From Azolla caroliniana (Eukaryota; Plantae; Polypodiophyta), in the NCBI GenBank assembly GCA_043228905.1, contig JBHGNT010000010.1:3844001-3908000 (forward strand): a stretch of DNA of 64,000 nt, written 5' to 3'. Positions 21,262 to 32,726 of the stretch are shown here, piece after piece (the stretch's first letter is position 1; each line of letters opens with the position of its first letter). A program made the position numbers and the translations under genes. The notes under the pieces were generated by a model, which worked only from the letters and a program-made list of their open reading frames with translations, was not told the DNA's origin and ran no database searches.

Positions 21262-24200
21262 ACGGCTGTTCCCTCTTCACTCCTCTTGAGTGGAAAAACA
21301 GAAAAATGATCAGCAGCACTAAAACAGTTTGCCCTAAGTCATATTTATACATATATGACTTTGGGGCTATTTACAACTATAGCCTCAGGGGCCCTTAGCA
21401 AACATATTCACGGATATGTCCCTGCATTCGGATCGCTCTCCGGGTACATTCGTCATCCGGCTCCGAAGTCGGGGTCTTCATCATCCGGTTCCGAAACCGA
21501 AACCGGGCTCGTCGGCATTCATCTCCGACATCCGACCATCCCATCCGAAGGGACCGTAATCCCGACAAACTCCCCCTTCACTTCGGCATGGGATGTCTTT
21601 CCAATCCGATCCTCTTCCGGCATGCTTCCAGCTTGTCGGGTGTGAGCACCTTGGTCAGCATATCCGACCCGTTCTCGTCCGTGTGGATCTTTGTCAGCAC
21701 GAACTCCTTGTCTTCTATCCTTTCCCGGATCCAGTGATATCTTCGCTGGATGTGCTTCGTCCGGGAGTGATAGGCCGCGTTCTTCGCAAGGTGGATTGCA
21801 CTCTGACTGTCGCAGTAGAGTCGGTACTCCTCCTGCCGGATACCAAGCTCTCTAATGAAGTCCTTCATCCATATTATTTCCTTGCCGGCTTCAACAGCTG
21901 CCATGTACTCCGCCTCCGTGGTTGACAACGCAACCGTCTTCTGCAGCCTCGACTGCCACGAAACAGCTCCCCCTGCATACGTCATCACATACCCTGATGT
22001 GGACCGGCTGGTATCTGCATCAGCCGACATATCCGAATCGGTGAAGCCGTCGAGTTCGGGCTTACCGGAGCCGAATCGGAGGCACACGTTTGCCGTGCCC
22101 TTCAGGTATCGGAGTATCCACTTGGCCGCGTTCCAATGCTCTTTGCCGGGATTGCTCATGTACCGGCTCACCACTCCGACTGCATATCCTATGTCCGGTC
22201 TCGTACACACCATGGCGTACATCAAGCTCCCGACGGCTGAGGCATACGGCACTTTCATCATATCCTCCTTTTCAGCCTTTGTCTTGGGACTTTGCTTGCT
22301 GGACAGCTTGCAGTTTGCCGGGAGGGTCGATCCGACCAGTCTTGCTTCCGACATGTTGAACCGGTGAAGCACCTTCGTCACGTACTTCTCCTGTGACAGC
22401 CACAACTGCTTCTTCTTCCGGTCCCGGATGATGTGCATCCCTAGTATTTGCCTCGCCGGACCCAGGTCCTTCATTGAGAAGGTTCGGTGAAGAGCCTTCT
22501 TCAGCATCCGTATCTTGACCTGGTCCCGTCCGACGATCAACATGTCGTCCACGTACAGGAGGAGTATTAGAAAGTCTCCTCCTTCGAACTTCTTCACAAA
22601 CACGCAGTGGTCGGACTGCGTTTTGAGGTACCCTTCGTCGGTCATGAAGGAGTCGAACTTCCGGTACCATTGCCGGGGAGCCTGCTTCAGTCCGTAAAGG
22701 CTCTTCTTCAACCGGCATACCAGGTGCTCCTTCCCTTTCTTCTCGAATCCTTCCGGTTGCTGCATGTAGATCTCTTCATCGAGGTCACCGTGAAGGAATG
22801 CCATCTTCACGTCCATCTGTTCTACCTCGAGGTCCATGCTTGCCGCTATGCTCAGCACCGTCCGGATGGAGGTCATCTTCACTACCGGGGCAAATATCTC
22901 GTCGAAGTCGACGCCCTTCTTCTGCTGAAACCCCTTCACCACGATCCTGGCTTTGTATCTCGGGGGGTTTCCGGCATCTCCCGGTTTCAGCTTGAACACC
23001 CACTTGTTTCGAAGTGCCCGCTTTCCTTTCGGCAACTCCACAAGTTCATATGTGTGGTTCTCATGCAGGGAATCCATCTCGTCCTGCATGGCACTCAACC
23101 ACCTGCGGCTCTGGGTGTCATGTTTTGCTTCTTCAAAGCTCTCCGGCTCCCCCTCGTCGGTTAGCAGCACGTGCTCTGGTTCCGGAAATCTCCGGGGGGC
23201 CCTTCTCTCTCTAAGAGGATATCTCCGTTCCGGAGCTTCGGTAATCGGTTCTTCCGATTCTTCTTCATCCGAATCCATTTCGGGATCGGGGCCGGTTCCG
23301 GTATCATTTTCATCTTCTTCGGCCGGTTCTGTTTCTTCACCGTCTTCGGCCGGATCCTCGAGTGCTAACCGGTCCCTTGCCGGTCGGGACTGCTCCTCGT
23401 AGAGTTGATCCTCACCGGTCGACTTGGAGCTCTTCATCTTCTTCTCCGACTCCCAGTCGGCGAGTGTCTTGTCCTCCATGAAGATGATGTCTCGACTCCT
23501 GAATATCTTCTTGTCGACCGGGTCCCATACTCGGTAGCCGAACTCGTCGTCGCCGTAACCGAGGAATATGCATGGCCGGGTCTTTGGATCTAGCTTTCCT
23601 CTCCGGTCCTTTGCCACATGCACGTATGCGAGACACCCGAACACCTTCAGATGCCGGTAGGACACTTCCTTACCGGTCCACACTTTCTGCGGCGTGTCTC
23701 CGTCCAAAGGTACTGAGGGTGATCTGTTTATCACGTATGTCGCCGTCGACATTGCCTCAGCCCAAAACCCCTTGGGTAATTTCGCATGTGCCAGCATACT
23801 CCGGACCCTCTCCATTATGGTCCGGTTCATCCTCTTGGCCAGCCCGTTCAGTTCCGGCGTCTTCGGCACAGTAAACTCGAGTCGGATTCCCTTCGAGCGA
23901 CAGTACTCCTGGAACTGCCCCCGGTATTCCCCTCCGTTATCCGCTCGTATCGCTTTCAGCTTCTTGCCGGATTCCCTTTCCACTCTCGCGTGGAGTTCTT
24001 TGAAGACGCACAACACTTGGTCCTTTGTCTTCAACGGTGCCGTCCACAGCTTCCGGTTGTGATCATCAATGAATGTTACGAAGTACTGGGCTCCACCATG
24101 TGACTTCGTTTCTACCTGACACACATCAGTGTGCACCAACTCCAATGGTGCGCTACGTCTCGTCGGTGGCCTTGAGTGGAAGGAGGTTCGGTTCTGCTTA

Positions 24201-25964
24201 CCGGCCAGGCAATCGGTGCACTTCTCCAGGTGCACATACTTCACTGGAATAAGGTTGTCTTCTGCAAGCCTCTTCATCCCCTTCTCACTCATGTGGCACA
24301 GTCTTTTGTGCCACAGCTCACCGGCAGTGTCGGCTGCCACATTCAGCTCTTCCGGACATAACCGGGCATTCATCAGGTACAGTGTGTTGTCTTTCCGGGC
24401 CCGAGCCACTATCAGGCTCCCCTTGCTGAACTTCATTACGCCGTTCCGGATGCTACCTGTGTAGCCTTCATCGTCTAGCCTCCCGGCCGAAATCAGGTTC
24501 AATCGAACCTCCGGAACGTGTCGGACATCCTTCAGCAGCATTTTGCATCCGGTCGGGGTTGTCAACCACACGTCTCCTATGCCGGCAATCCGGCACGTAC
24601 CTTCATTCCCCATCCGAACACAGCCATGCTCACCGGCTGTGTAGGATGAGAAGTATCTTCTCTCCGGGGTCAGGTGGAACGATGCTCCGGAATCGACCAC
24701 CCAGGTCGTCTCATCGCCGGCAATGTTTAGTTCACCTTCTTCGGTGATGAGCATGATTTCTTCCTCACTTGCCGCGAGTGCCGTTGTTCCTTTCCGGTCC
24801 TGCCCTCGCCGATCCGAACCTCTCCGGTCCGTGGCTCCCCGGTATGCACCGTTTCTCTCCGGTGACTTCTTCGAATCGGTGTCGTCGGCTCCGTTGTCTT
24901 TTCGGTAATGCCGACAATTCTTTCGGAAGTGCCCCGGCTTCCCACAGTGGAAGCATGTGGGCCTTCCTCTTGACTGCGACCGGGTCCCCGACTTCTCCCG
25001 TCTTTGCGGACTCCGGTTCCATTGTCTTCCCCGATCCGATTCGGTAAGCAGCGCCTTCGAGTCGGAGGCCGGTTCTTTATCTCTCCGACGCGCTTCTTCG
25101 TTCAAAATACTTGTCTTTACCGTTTGTAAGGACAAGTTATCTTCGGTGCAGGAGGTGCTGAGAGTCACCACCAAGTTCTCCCAGCTTTCCGGCAATGTAC
25201 ACATCAGGATGATGGCTTGCATTGCATCCTCCAACGGGAACTTGATCGCCGCAAGCTGATTCACGAATCCCATGAACGTGCTTACGTGTTCCACCATACT
25301 CTCGCCGTCCCGGTACTTGAGATTCACTATCTTCCTCATCAGGGAGGTCCGGTTCAACGCATTCTTCCTCTCGTAGAGGCCCGACAGCTTCTTCCACATC
25401 TCATATGCGTTGGTGTCGTTCGCCACATGTTGTAGGACGCTTACATCGACATATTGTCGGATCGTCGCTACGGCTTTCCGGTTCAGGAGCTTCCACTCCG
25501 ACTCAAGTACCCCCTTCGGTATTTCCGACCTGTCAATCGGTTCATACAGGTCCCGAACAATCAGAAGATCCTCCATCTTGATCTTCCAGTCGGCGTAATT
25601 CTGCGCATTCAGCACCATCATCCCCGGCTGCCCGCTGCCTCCGCCTTCCATTTTCTGCAGCAGTTCGCTCTGATACCAGATTGTTGGGAATCGACGCTTC
25701 GATTCACCTTCACCGCTCGGCCACAACCGAGTAATCGCGAATCAATGCAGCAGAAAATAGGAACCAAAGAGAGAAACACACGAATACACAGGGATTAACG
25801 TGGAAAACCCTAGATGGGAAAAACCACGGGAGTACAAGACTCCAAACCAACACTATACAAAGAGAAGTATACAATGGCGAGCTGCAAGGCGACGACCTTG
25901 AGCTCGCTGTCCTCGCCACAGGCGGCGGAAATACACAGAGGCGTCGTCCTCTTCCTCTCTCGCG

Positions 25965-25995
<31 letters not shown>

Positions 25996-26301
25996 ACGGC
26001 TGTTCCCTCTTCACTCCTCTTGAGTGGAAAAACAGAAAAATGATCAGCAGCACTAAAACAGTTTGCCCTAAGTCATATTTATACATATATGACTTTGGGG
26101 CTATTTACAACTATAGCCTCAGGGGCCCTTAGCAAACATATTCACGGATATGTCCCTGCATTCGGATCGCTCTCCGGGTACATTCGTCATCCGGCTCCGA
26201 AGTCGGGGTCTTCATCATCCGGTTCCGAAACCGAAACCGGGCTCGTCGGCATTCATCTCCGACATCCGACCATCCCATCCGAAGGGACCGTAATCCCGAC
26301 A
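20948..26301 (-). mobile_element. Ty1/Copia LTR retrotransposon E, inserted 9 bp into the 3' LTR of B
   Basis: TSD GAATA at 20943-20947 and 26302-26306. 620-bp LTRs 20948-21567 and 25682-26301 show no difference by eye. PBS TGGTATCAGAGC (25678-25667); PPT AGGGGGAG abuts the stop codon. Confidence 0.97.
21578..25651 (-). CDS. Copia E gag-PR-INT-RT-RNaseH polyprotein (1357 aa from ATG 25651)
   Basis: CFHCGKPGHFRKNC, WVVDSGASFH, LWHKRLCH, VHTDVC, ADNGGEY, YVDDML, FTDSD, KHIQRRYHWIR. The integrase catalytic Glu reads Lys (NGLAKRMN). Confidence 0.94.
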   Translation of the reverse strand: MEGGGSGQPGMMVLNAQNYADWKIKMEDLLIVRDLYEPIDRSEIPKGVLESEWKLLNRKAVATIRQYVDVSVLQHVANDTNAYEMWKKLSGLYERKNALNRTSLMRKIVNLKYRDGESMVEHVSTFMGFVNQLAAIKFPLEDAMQAIILMCTLPESWENLVVTLSTSCTEDNLSLQTVKTSILNEEARRRDKEPASDSKALLTESDRGRQWNRSPQRREKSGTRSQSRGRPTCFHCGKPGHFRKNCRHYRKDNGADDTDSKKSPERNGAYRGATDRRGSDRRGQDRKGTTALAASEEEIMLITEEGELNIAGDETTWVVDSGASFHLTPERRYFSSYTAGEHGCVRMGNEGTCRIAGIGDVWLTTPTGCKMLLKDVRHVPEVRLNLISAGRLDDEGYTGSIRNGVMKFSKGSLIVARARKDNTLYLMNARLCPEELNVAADTAGELWHKRLCHMSEKGMKRLAEDNLIPVKYVHLEKCTDCLAGKQNRTSFHSRPPTRRSAPLELVHTDVCQVETKSHGGAQYFVTFIDDHNRKLWTAPLKTKDQVLCVFKELHARVERESGKKLKAIRADNGGEYRGQFQEYCRSKGIRLEFTVPKTPELNGLAKRMNRTIMERVRSMLAHAKLPKGFWAEAMSTATYVINRSPSVPLDGDTPQKVWTGKEVSYRHLKVFGCLAYVHVAKDRRGKLDPKTRPCIFLGYGDDEFGYRVWDPVDKKIFRSRDIIFMEDKTLADWESEKKMKSSKSTGEDQLYEEQSRPARDRLALEDPAEDGEETEPAEEDENDTGTGPDPEMDSDEEESEEPITEAPERRYPLRERRAPRRFPEPEHVLLTDEGEPESFEEAKHDTQSRRWLSAMQDEMDSLHENHTYELVELPKGKRALRNKWVFKLKPGDAGNPPRYKARIVVKGFQQKKGVDFDEIFAPVVKMTSIRTVLSIAASMDLEVEQMDVKMAFLHGDLDEEIYMQQPEGFEKKGKEHLVCRLKKSLYGLKQAPRQWYRKFDSFMTDEGYLKTQSDHCVFVKKFEGGDFLILLLYVDDMLIVGRDQVKIRMLKKALHRTFSMKDLGPARQILGMHIIRDRKKKQLWLSQEKYVTKVLHRFNMSEARLVGSTLPANCKLSSKQSPKTKAEKEDMMKVPYASAVGSLMYAMVCTRPDIGYAVGVVSRYMSNPGKEHWNAAKWILRYLKGTANVCLRFGSGKPELDGFTDSDMSADADTSRSTSGYVMTYAGGAVSWQSRLQKTVALSTTEAEYMAAVEAGKEIIWMKDFIRELGIRQEEYRLYCDSQSAIHLAKNAAYHSRTKHIQRRYHWIRERIEDKEFVLTKIHTDENGSDMLTKVLTPDKLEACRKRIGLERHPMPK

Positions 26302-26597
26302 GAATACAAGTGTATAATGGACGTATTCACACTATCCCTTTGTATAGCCCAAGTTTGGGGCATTTGTGTAATTAGCATAAAGGGTAGTTGCCCTAAGTCG
26401 GTCACTATATATAGTGACCTTGTAACCTTTTTGTAAGGTTGGGTGTTGTATTATTTCTTCTATTGAATAGAAAGTCTTTTGTGCCTCTCTCTCTCTCTCT
26501 CTCTGTGCAACGACCTAGAGACTGTCATACGCAGGTACAGAAAAGAATCGAATGCTTCTTGATCTTCCGCATAGACGACTTTGTCTCCAACAGGGTG

Positions 26598-27375
26598 CGT
26601 CGGGAAGATCGTGGCTGATCGTGGGGAGTTGGACGCCGAAGAGGCCGAGGAGCTGTTCGACCATCTAGGAGTCAAGCTCTCGCTTACCACTACGTACAAT
26701 CCGGAGGCGAATGGAAAGGTGGAGCGCGGACACGGACCGATCGTCAAGGTGTTAGTTCGGGCATGCGGAGGTCAAGTCGGGAACTGGCCGCAGCTGCTGC
26801 CTTACGCGTTGTGGGCTGACCGAACTACGCACAATTCGGTAACCGGATTCATGCCGGCCGAGCTCATGTTTGGGCAGAAGCCGATCATGCCGATGGAACG
26901 TACGATCTCCTCATGGGCAACCGTGGACTGGAGAGACGAGATGAGCCGGGAGGAACTGTTGACAGCGCGCATACAACAGCTCGAGCGAAGACCGGAGGAC
27001 GTGGAGCAGGCTGCGGAAAAGCTTCGGGTGGCCAGGACGAGGAACAAAGCCCGGTTCGACCGGACGCACCGGCTCCGTCCAAAGAAGATCGAGGAAGGCG
27101 ACTGGGTGCTAGTCTACGACAGCAGCCTCGACAACCAGCACCGAGCGACACGAAAGTTCGCAAGAAGGTGGTTCGGGCCTTACGTGGTATAAAGTGCCAA
27201 CGACAACGGGACGTACCATCTGGCGGAACTCGACGGCACAAGAATGGCGATACCGGTAGCTGGGAAGCGGATCAAAGCGTTCAAGAAACATCACGACGAC
27301 GAGCCGGATCTGGTTAACCTGGACCGCGACGACGAACGATCCGAAACCAAAGAAGAATCGACGGGCGGAGAATGA
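26598..27375 (+). pseudogene. Element A integrase, 3' part
   Basis: ADRGELDA...NPEANGKVERGHG...WFGPY (GPY/F). Premature TAA at 27190-27192 (Gln in C); original stop TGA at ~27373-27375. Confidence 0.92.
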
Positions 27376-27448
27376 AGGTTGGACCGGTTTTCTCCGTCCC
27401 AACACAATTTGGCGCATGCCGGTGGATGCGCGGTTAGGTGGGGGCGGA

Positions 27449-28079
27449 TGTCGTGAAGAAAACCGTCCACAAGCGGAATCGGTGCACCGAAGCGTAGGAA
27501 CCGGCTCTTCGTGCACATGCGCCTTATGTTGTACATAGAAGATCCTAGGCAGGTAGATTCGGTAGGTAGGGAAACGGCTCCTTCCTTACCTATAAAGGGA
27601 GGGAGACGAGGAGGTGCGAGGGATCGCGGGGAGTCGAGGACAAAGTGTTGTCGGTTTACGTGCGAAGGCTTCTCTCTCTCTCTCTCTGGTTTGCAAACGC
27701 CATAGCTTCCTTCTGTGCAGGTTTCGGGAGGCTCGTGCTGCTCTGAGGAATGCCCGAGTGCTTCCGGCAGCACCCCCAACCTACTCCTTCCTCTCTGTGT
27801 GTTTACGAGCAGGTATCGGCATCTGTTCGCCGGCCTGTTCGGTTGTAACCGACTTCGTGTTTTGTTGTCTTCGTGTTCTTGTTGTTTGTCTTTGTCAATA
27901 CATACATACATTCGTGTCTTTCTGTGTCGCTGTCCCACTTGCGTCTTTGCGTCGAAGGGCCGTGTCCCTGTGGATCTACGCTCGCACGTAGAGGGATTCT
28001 TCCCCTCCTCTCTTGCTCTTTGGTACAGGACCCCCGAGGTTCCGCCTCATTCCACGCATCCGCGAGGAATACCTCGACA
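27449..28079 (+). repeat. 3' LTR of element A (631 bp)
   Basis: Starts TGTCGTGAAGAAAACCG like the C LTRs, has a TATAAAG box, and ends CCTCGACA. Clearly diverged from the C LTR internally. Confidence 0.88.
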
Positions 28080-28081
28080 AC

Positions 28082-29181
28082 GTGATTTGTGGCGATGTCG
28101 TTGACATGATCCAAAAAGGGCCAAAGAAGGAATATACGCTAATGATTGTTGATATTCCATAAGGATTTCGAATGGCAGGGTCATCATACGACGATGAACC
28201 GTTTAGGTTCAAACAATTAGAGAAGATGGTCAAGGATTTTGTTGAGCTAACAACTGCATCCTTGTGGAGGATAGTTGTCTTTCATAGTATGGACCAAGGG
28301 TATTTGGTAGCTCAAGCTTTGAGATCTCGTTGCCATGGCATCGAGAACCTTGCATGGTAAGGATTATTTATAAGTCTCATTCACTATATTGCCTTTCTTA
28401 AGATTGTTCAATCTATTCTTAACTCGATGCAATATTTGTTGTAGGATAAAAACCAATGTCAATAGAGGGCCAACCTTTCGGTTCGTAAATGCCATTGAAT
28501 ACATTACGGTTGGTTACTTCGATGAAATAAAGAAACAAAGAATCAAGGAGCATTCTAATGAAGTTGGAGGTTCAAATCTGCTGGTATATCCAGCAATGAC
28601 ACGGAAATTGCGACATGTCACCACGACAAAATGGGGACTTGTCAACCCATACCAAAAACCTCAACGACTTATGATGCGCTTGATCGAGATGTTTTCTGTA
28701 GAAGGAGATTGGATATTAGACCTCTTTTCTGGCACAGGTATTCCTCGAACTAGGTTAACGATCTTTAGATAACCAATACTGAATCTTTTTTGTTTGAAAA
28801 CTAATTTTTCTTGTTACTTTCTTCATAGGGACAACGTCTGCATGTGCATTGAAGCTCTTTAGAAACACAGTTGCATTGGAGAAGGACGAGGAGCAAGTTA
28901 TATTTATAAATATGAGGATTAAGGCTTTGTGGGAGTGCCCAGACCAGGACGAGGAGGTCGGTGCAAAGAACCTCGCTAATACCAAAAGGTTTCAACCTGC
29001 TTCGCGAGAGCCTATTCCTCCATTAGTCGGGGAACCGAGGGAGCTAATAGAGCTTGATGATGAGCTTATAGAAGATATTCCGTTGGCTCGGCTAACAGGG
29101 GAAGAGAATGCACGTATAGCCGAAGAGACTTCTATATAGGATGAAGAAGAAAATGACATTGACGATTTTCTTGCTATGTAA
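28082..29181 (+). pseudogene. Spliced beta-class DNA amino-methyltransferase (N6-adenine/N4-cytosine, N6_N4_Mtase-like) pseudogene; exons 28082-28356, 28445-28737, 28829-29181
   Basis: Spliced translation: VICGDVVDM...LMIVDIP*G (DPPY-type motif IV; Tyr changed to TAA at 28160-28162)...ENLAW/IKTN...VNPYQKPQRLMMRLIEMFSVEGDWILDLFSGT/GTTSACALKLFRNTVALEKD (motifs X, I, II). Two GT-AG introns (88 and 91 nt) whose phases rebuild W and G codons. A second probable nonsense codon is at 29137-29139. Confidence 0.85.
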
Positions 29182-29660
29182 TAGACTCTTTTGTTCACGA
29201 AATGTATTGTTTGGAATTCACATTACTAATACAAATTTTGGGTTTTACTTGGTGTATTCCATTCTTTATAATCTTCTATATGTTTCAATTTTATTTCTAT
29301 ATACTTGGTTTGTAGACTTATGACATTGGTTTCACCGCGTGCATTGCTGACTACCAATATGGAGAAACATGAATTAGTTTAAATTAAGGCTGATTTTGGT
29401 CAAACTTTACCTTAACATAACATGCTCGTAGAATTGTTGCCATGACTGTCCATGTTGTTATTTGCGATCAATTGTTGAGATTGTCATTCCGTGTCCAATA
29501 TATACCAGTCCATATATTATGGATCTTTGTCTTCTATTGTTAAAACTATTATGTTTCTCTTCCATTGCTGCTTAGATTGTGTAGTGTGTTGATAATGGTT
29601 CCACTAGCGTTATCCTCATGTTTTTATATGCTTGTAGTTCCACTAGTGTTATCGTTCGGA

Positions 29661-29937
29661 GTTTGATCCCATGTGAATCACCTAAGGAATAGATTAGATC
29701 AATTTTAAATACAAGTATGAAAGCCTTAATAGGTTTGTTATTTTCACCATATTATCCTAAAGTTCATTGTCTTACATTGTCCACAATTATATACATATGG
29801 TTTGATCCCATACGAACAAACTGAGGAATAGATTAGATCAACTTTAAATACAAGTATTAAATACCTTAATAAGTTAGTTATTCCAATCACATTATCCTAA
29901 AGTTCACTATCTTACATTGTCCACAATTATATACATG
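29661..29937 (+). repeat. Diverged tandem duplication, 2 x ~139 bp
   Basis: Units start GTTTGATCCCA at 29661 and 29800; both contain GGAATAGATTAGATCAA and CTTACATTGTCCACAATTATATACAT. Confidence 0.85.
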
Positions 29938-30325
29938 CGAGTATGGGTCAAAGTATAAATTATAACTCATTTTATTAGTATGGTTACAAGTACACCTCAT
30001 ATTTCTGTAAAACTTACCAAATTAATATAAGTCTTTAACTTAGTGTTTCCCATGTCACACATTAGTGAGATATTGAGCCATTGTTGAACTTTATTATGCC
30101 TACATTAACTTATCAACACATCCAAACTTATTTGAATTTCTAATGATCTCCACTCGTAGACCTATCATGTATTTTTATATTTGCAAATTCTAATCAAGTT
30201 GTGGAACATGTGATACTAATGCATCCAATTTTTGTAGAGAGAGTATATTTGGTTATTTTCAAGAAGATTCTACAAGTGGAATGTGTGATCCTTCCACTTG
30301 TGAACGCGGACGTGTTCTAGGTAGA

Positions 30326-32726
30326 TGACGAGAAAAACGCGGAATATTGCTCGGCCTCTACCGAGTCTTGAACACTTCTATGAGAATGGAGAACACAGAA
30401 ATGGAACTAAAGTGTGAACACAAGATGTTTACGTGGAAAACCCTAATAGGTAAAAAACTAGAGGAGCCCACGGACGCCAACTATCACTATATGAGAGGAA
30501 ATACAAAGTGGATGCACAGAGGTAACGACCTCGTGCTCGCGATCTTCGCCTGATGGCGGTTACAACAGAGAGTCCTCGTAACTCTTCACGACTTGTCTAT
30601 GCATTGTAAGAATTTATATGAGTTATCTCTTGCCGGAAAGATGATGTGTTATGGTTCTCTTTCACATATGCCTTCCTTCTTTACAATTGAAGATATATGC
30701 ATAGGACTTAAGAAATTGGCCTCTCGAAAGGCAAGCGATCTTCAATGTATAAAGGCTGAAATGCTCAAATGGACGGGAAAGGAAGCACATATATGGATAA
30801 GCGATATGTTTAATGATGCATTGCAACATGGTATGCCGTACGATTGGACTACAAATTGGATCAAACCTTTACATAAAGGTGGAGATATAAATAATGTAAA
30901 CAACTATCGAACCATCATGGTTGGCTCATTAATGGCAAAACTATTTGGATGTATAATGGAATCAAAGATAAGTGTATGGGTTGAAAAAAGTGGTAAGAGA
31001 GCTTATGGACAAGCTGGCTTTCGGAAACACCATAGCACCATTGATCACCTTATCACCCTTCGAGTATTAATGGAGGAAAGTCGCCTTAGAGGTAAAGGTT
31101 TATATTGTTGCTTTGTAGACTTCAAGAAAGCTTTTGATATGGTACCTCGTGAGCATCTTTGGAGGCGAATGGAAGAACTTGAGGTGCCAAGTGAATATAT
31201 GCTTGCAATTTCCCGAATTTATGAGAAGGTTATATGTTGTGTGCGCATGAAAGATAAACTTTCAGATTTTTTCAAAAGCACTATTGGTGTTAAGCAAGGA
31301 TGCCCACTCTCACCAACACTATTTGGTCTATGCATTGATGAATTGGAAGAAATGGTTACCAAGTTTGCAAAGGAAGAATGTGTTGAAGAAGTTGCCATTG
31401 GGAATGTTGTGATTATGCTTTTGCTATATGCAGATGACGTAGTGCTTTTTGCAAATACTTTAGGAGATGCACAAAAGCTTATGAAGGCATTGGAAAAATT
31501 TTGCATGCATACTAAATTAAGTGTCAATAGCTCTAAAACAAAGATTATGCTTGTGAAGAGCCAAAAAAGAGATAAACCATGCATTATGTACAACAATGAG
31601 CCACTTGAATGTGTGGAAAGCTTCAAATATCTTGGCCTTGAAGTTCCTTCAAATCATAGATGGAATGAATGTGCTACACGCCGCTTAGAGGCGGGCAAAC
31701 GAGCATACTATGCATTTGAGAACACATGCAATCTTGGAGATATTAAGTGTTGGGTCCTCAAGAAATATCTTTTTGACACTTTGGTGACACCAGTTCTTCT
31801 CTATGGGGTGGAAGTATGGGGCGGTAGCATCCCTAAGTCTATGTGGAAAGAGTTTGAAAATGTCCAAAAGCATTTTCTTACCAAGTTTCTACAAGTTAAG
31901 AAACAAACGCCCTACACCCTCCTCCTCCTTGAGACGGGATCGCTTCCCATTGAGATCATGGCCATGGAAAGGGTTGTTGAATACATGCTTAAGGTTCAAA
32001 AAAGTCCCTCACATCAACTTCCTAGAATTGCGTGGGAAGCAAGCAAAAAGATCCAAAAGACGCATAAAAGCAAAATTTTGTGTTCCGGTTGGATGCAAGA
32101 TATAGAAAAATGGTTTGGTAGATGGGATGCGAGACACTTGCTTCATGATGCATCATTAGATTCCTTTGTAAATGAGGCATTTTTGCAACGCCAATGTATC
32201 ATGACATGGGACAAATGTGGAGGCTCGCGCTTCACACATTATACTACACATGTTGCACCTAACTACAAAACCATATTCTTTGCAGAACGGGGAAATCGTA
32301 CACATCCATACATGTTAGAGCCCATACCGTTATCTGCCATTCGAACCATTGCTTCCATGCGACTTAGCTCACATGCATTGCGATGTGAAACAGGGCGTTG
32401 GGGTACAAGTGATGAGAGTTGTCGGCTATGCACACTTTGCCCTAAACAAGTTCGCGAGTCTGAGTATCACACTTTGATACAATGCTCTGCCTTTGATCAT
32501 ATTCGACCATGCTTTCCACATCTCTTCGATCGAGCCCAATCTTTGCATGAATTCCTCTCACAACCACAATGTGCACTCTCGATTGCAACATTCATTGGTA
32601 AAGTTCTTGAACATCGAGAGTCACTACTCACTTTCACACGTATCACGTGAAATGTAACATTTTTGGTCTCATAGGTCATATTTGATCTCCGAAGACGATA
32701 ATATAATCTATCTATCTATCTATCTA

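Larger units (their letters stand above)
2913..26592 (+). mobile_element. Ty1/Copia LTR retrotransposon B, inserted in the integrase of A and split by C and E
   Basis: TSD GGGTG at 2908-2912 and 26593-26597. 5' LTR 2913-3209; PBS TGGTATCAGAGCC (tRNA-iMet) 3212-3224; PPT GGGGGAG before the 3' LTR at 20939. The 3' LTR is 20939-20947 plus 26307-26592. Confidence 0.97.
1..28079 (+). mobile_element. Ty3/Gypsy LTR retrotransposon A (non-chromovirus; outermost element of the nest; 5' LTR and most of gag lie upstream of the window)
   Basis: End of gag-PR at 2-208; RT/RNaseH/INT at 199-2912, resuming in register at 26598-27375 after removal of B and its GGGTG TSD. PPT-like AGGTGGGGGCGGA precedes a 3' LTR TGTCGTG...CTCGACA (27449-28079). 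Coding regions closely parallel element C. Confidence 0.95.

Noticed and set aside
25652-25726. ORF-track N-terminal extension of the Copia E polyprotein
   Set aside because: It runs through the LTR and PBS from a GTG; the plausible start is ATG 25651.
77-27938. Many 60-270 aa antisense or alternate-frame ORFs over the retrotransposons (e.g. 105-929, 6005-6817, 7915-8682)
   Set aside because: They are shadows of GC-rich gag/pol coding sequence with no independent motifs. Their recurrence in A and C simply reflects homology.
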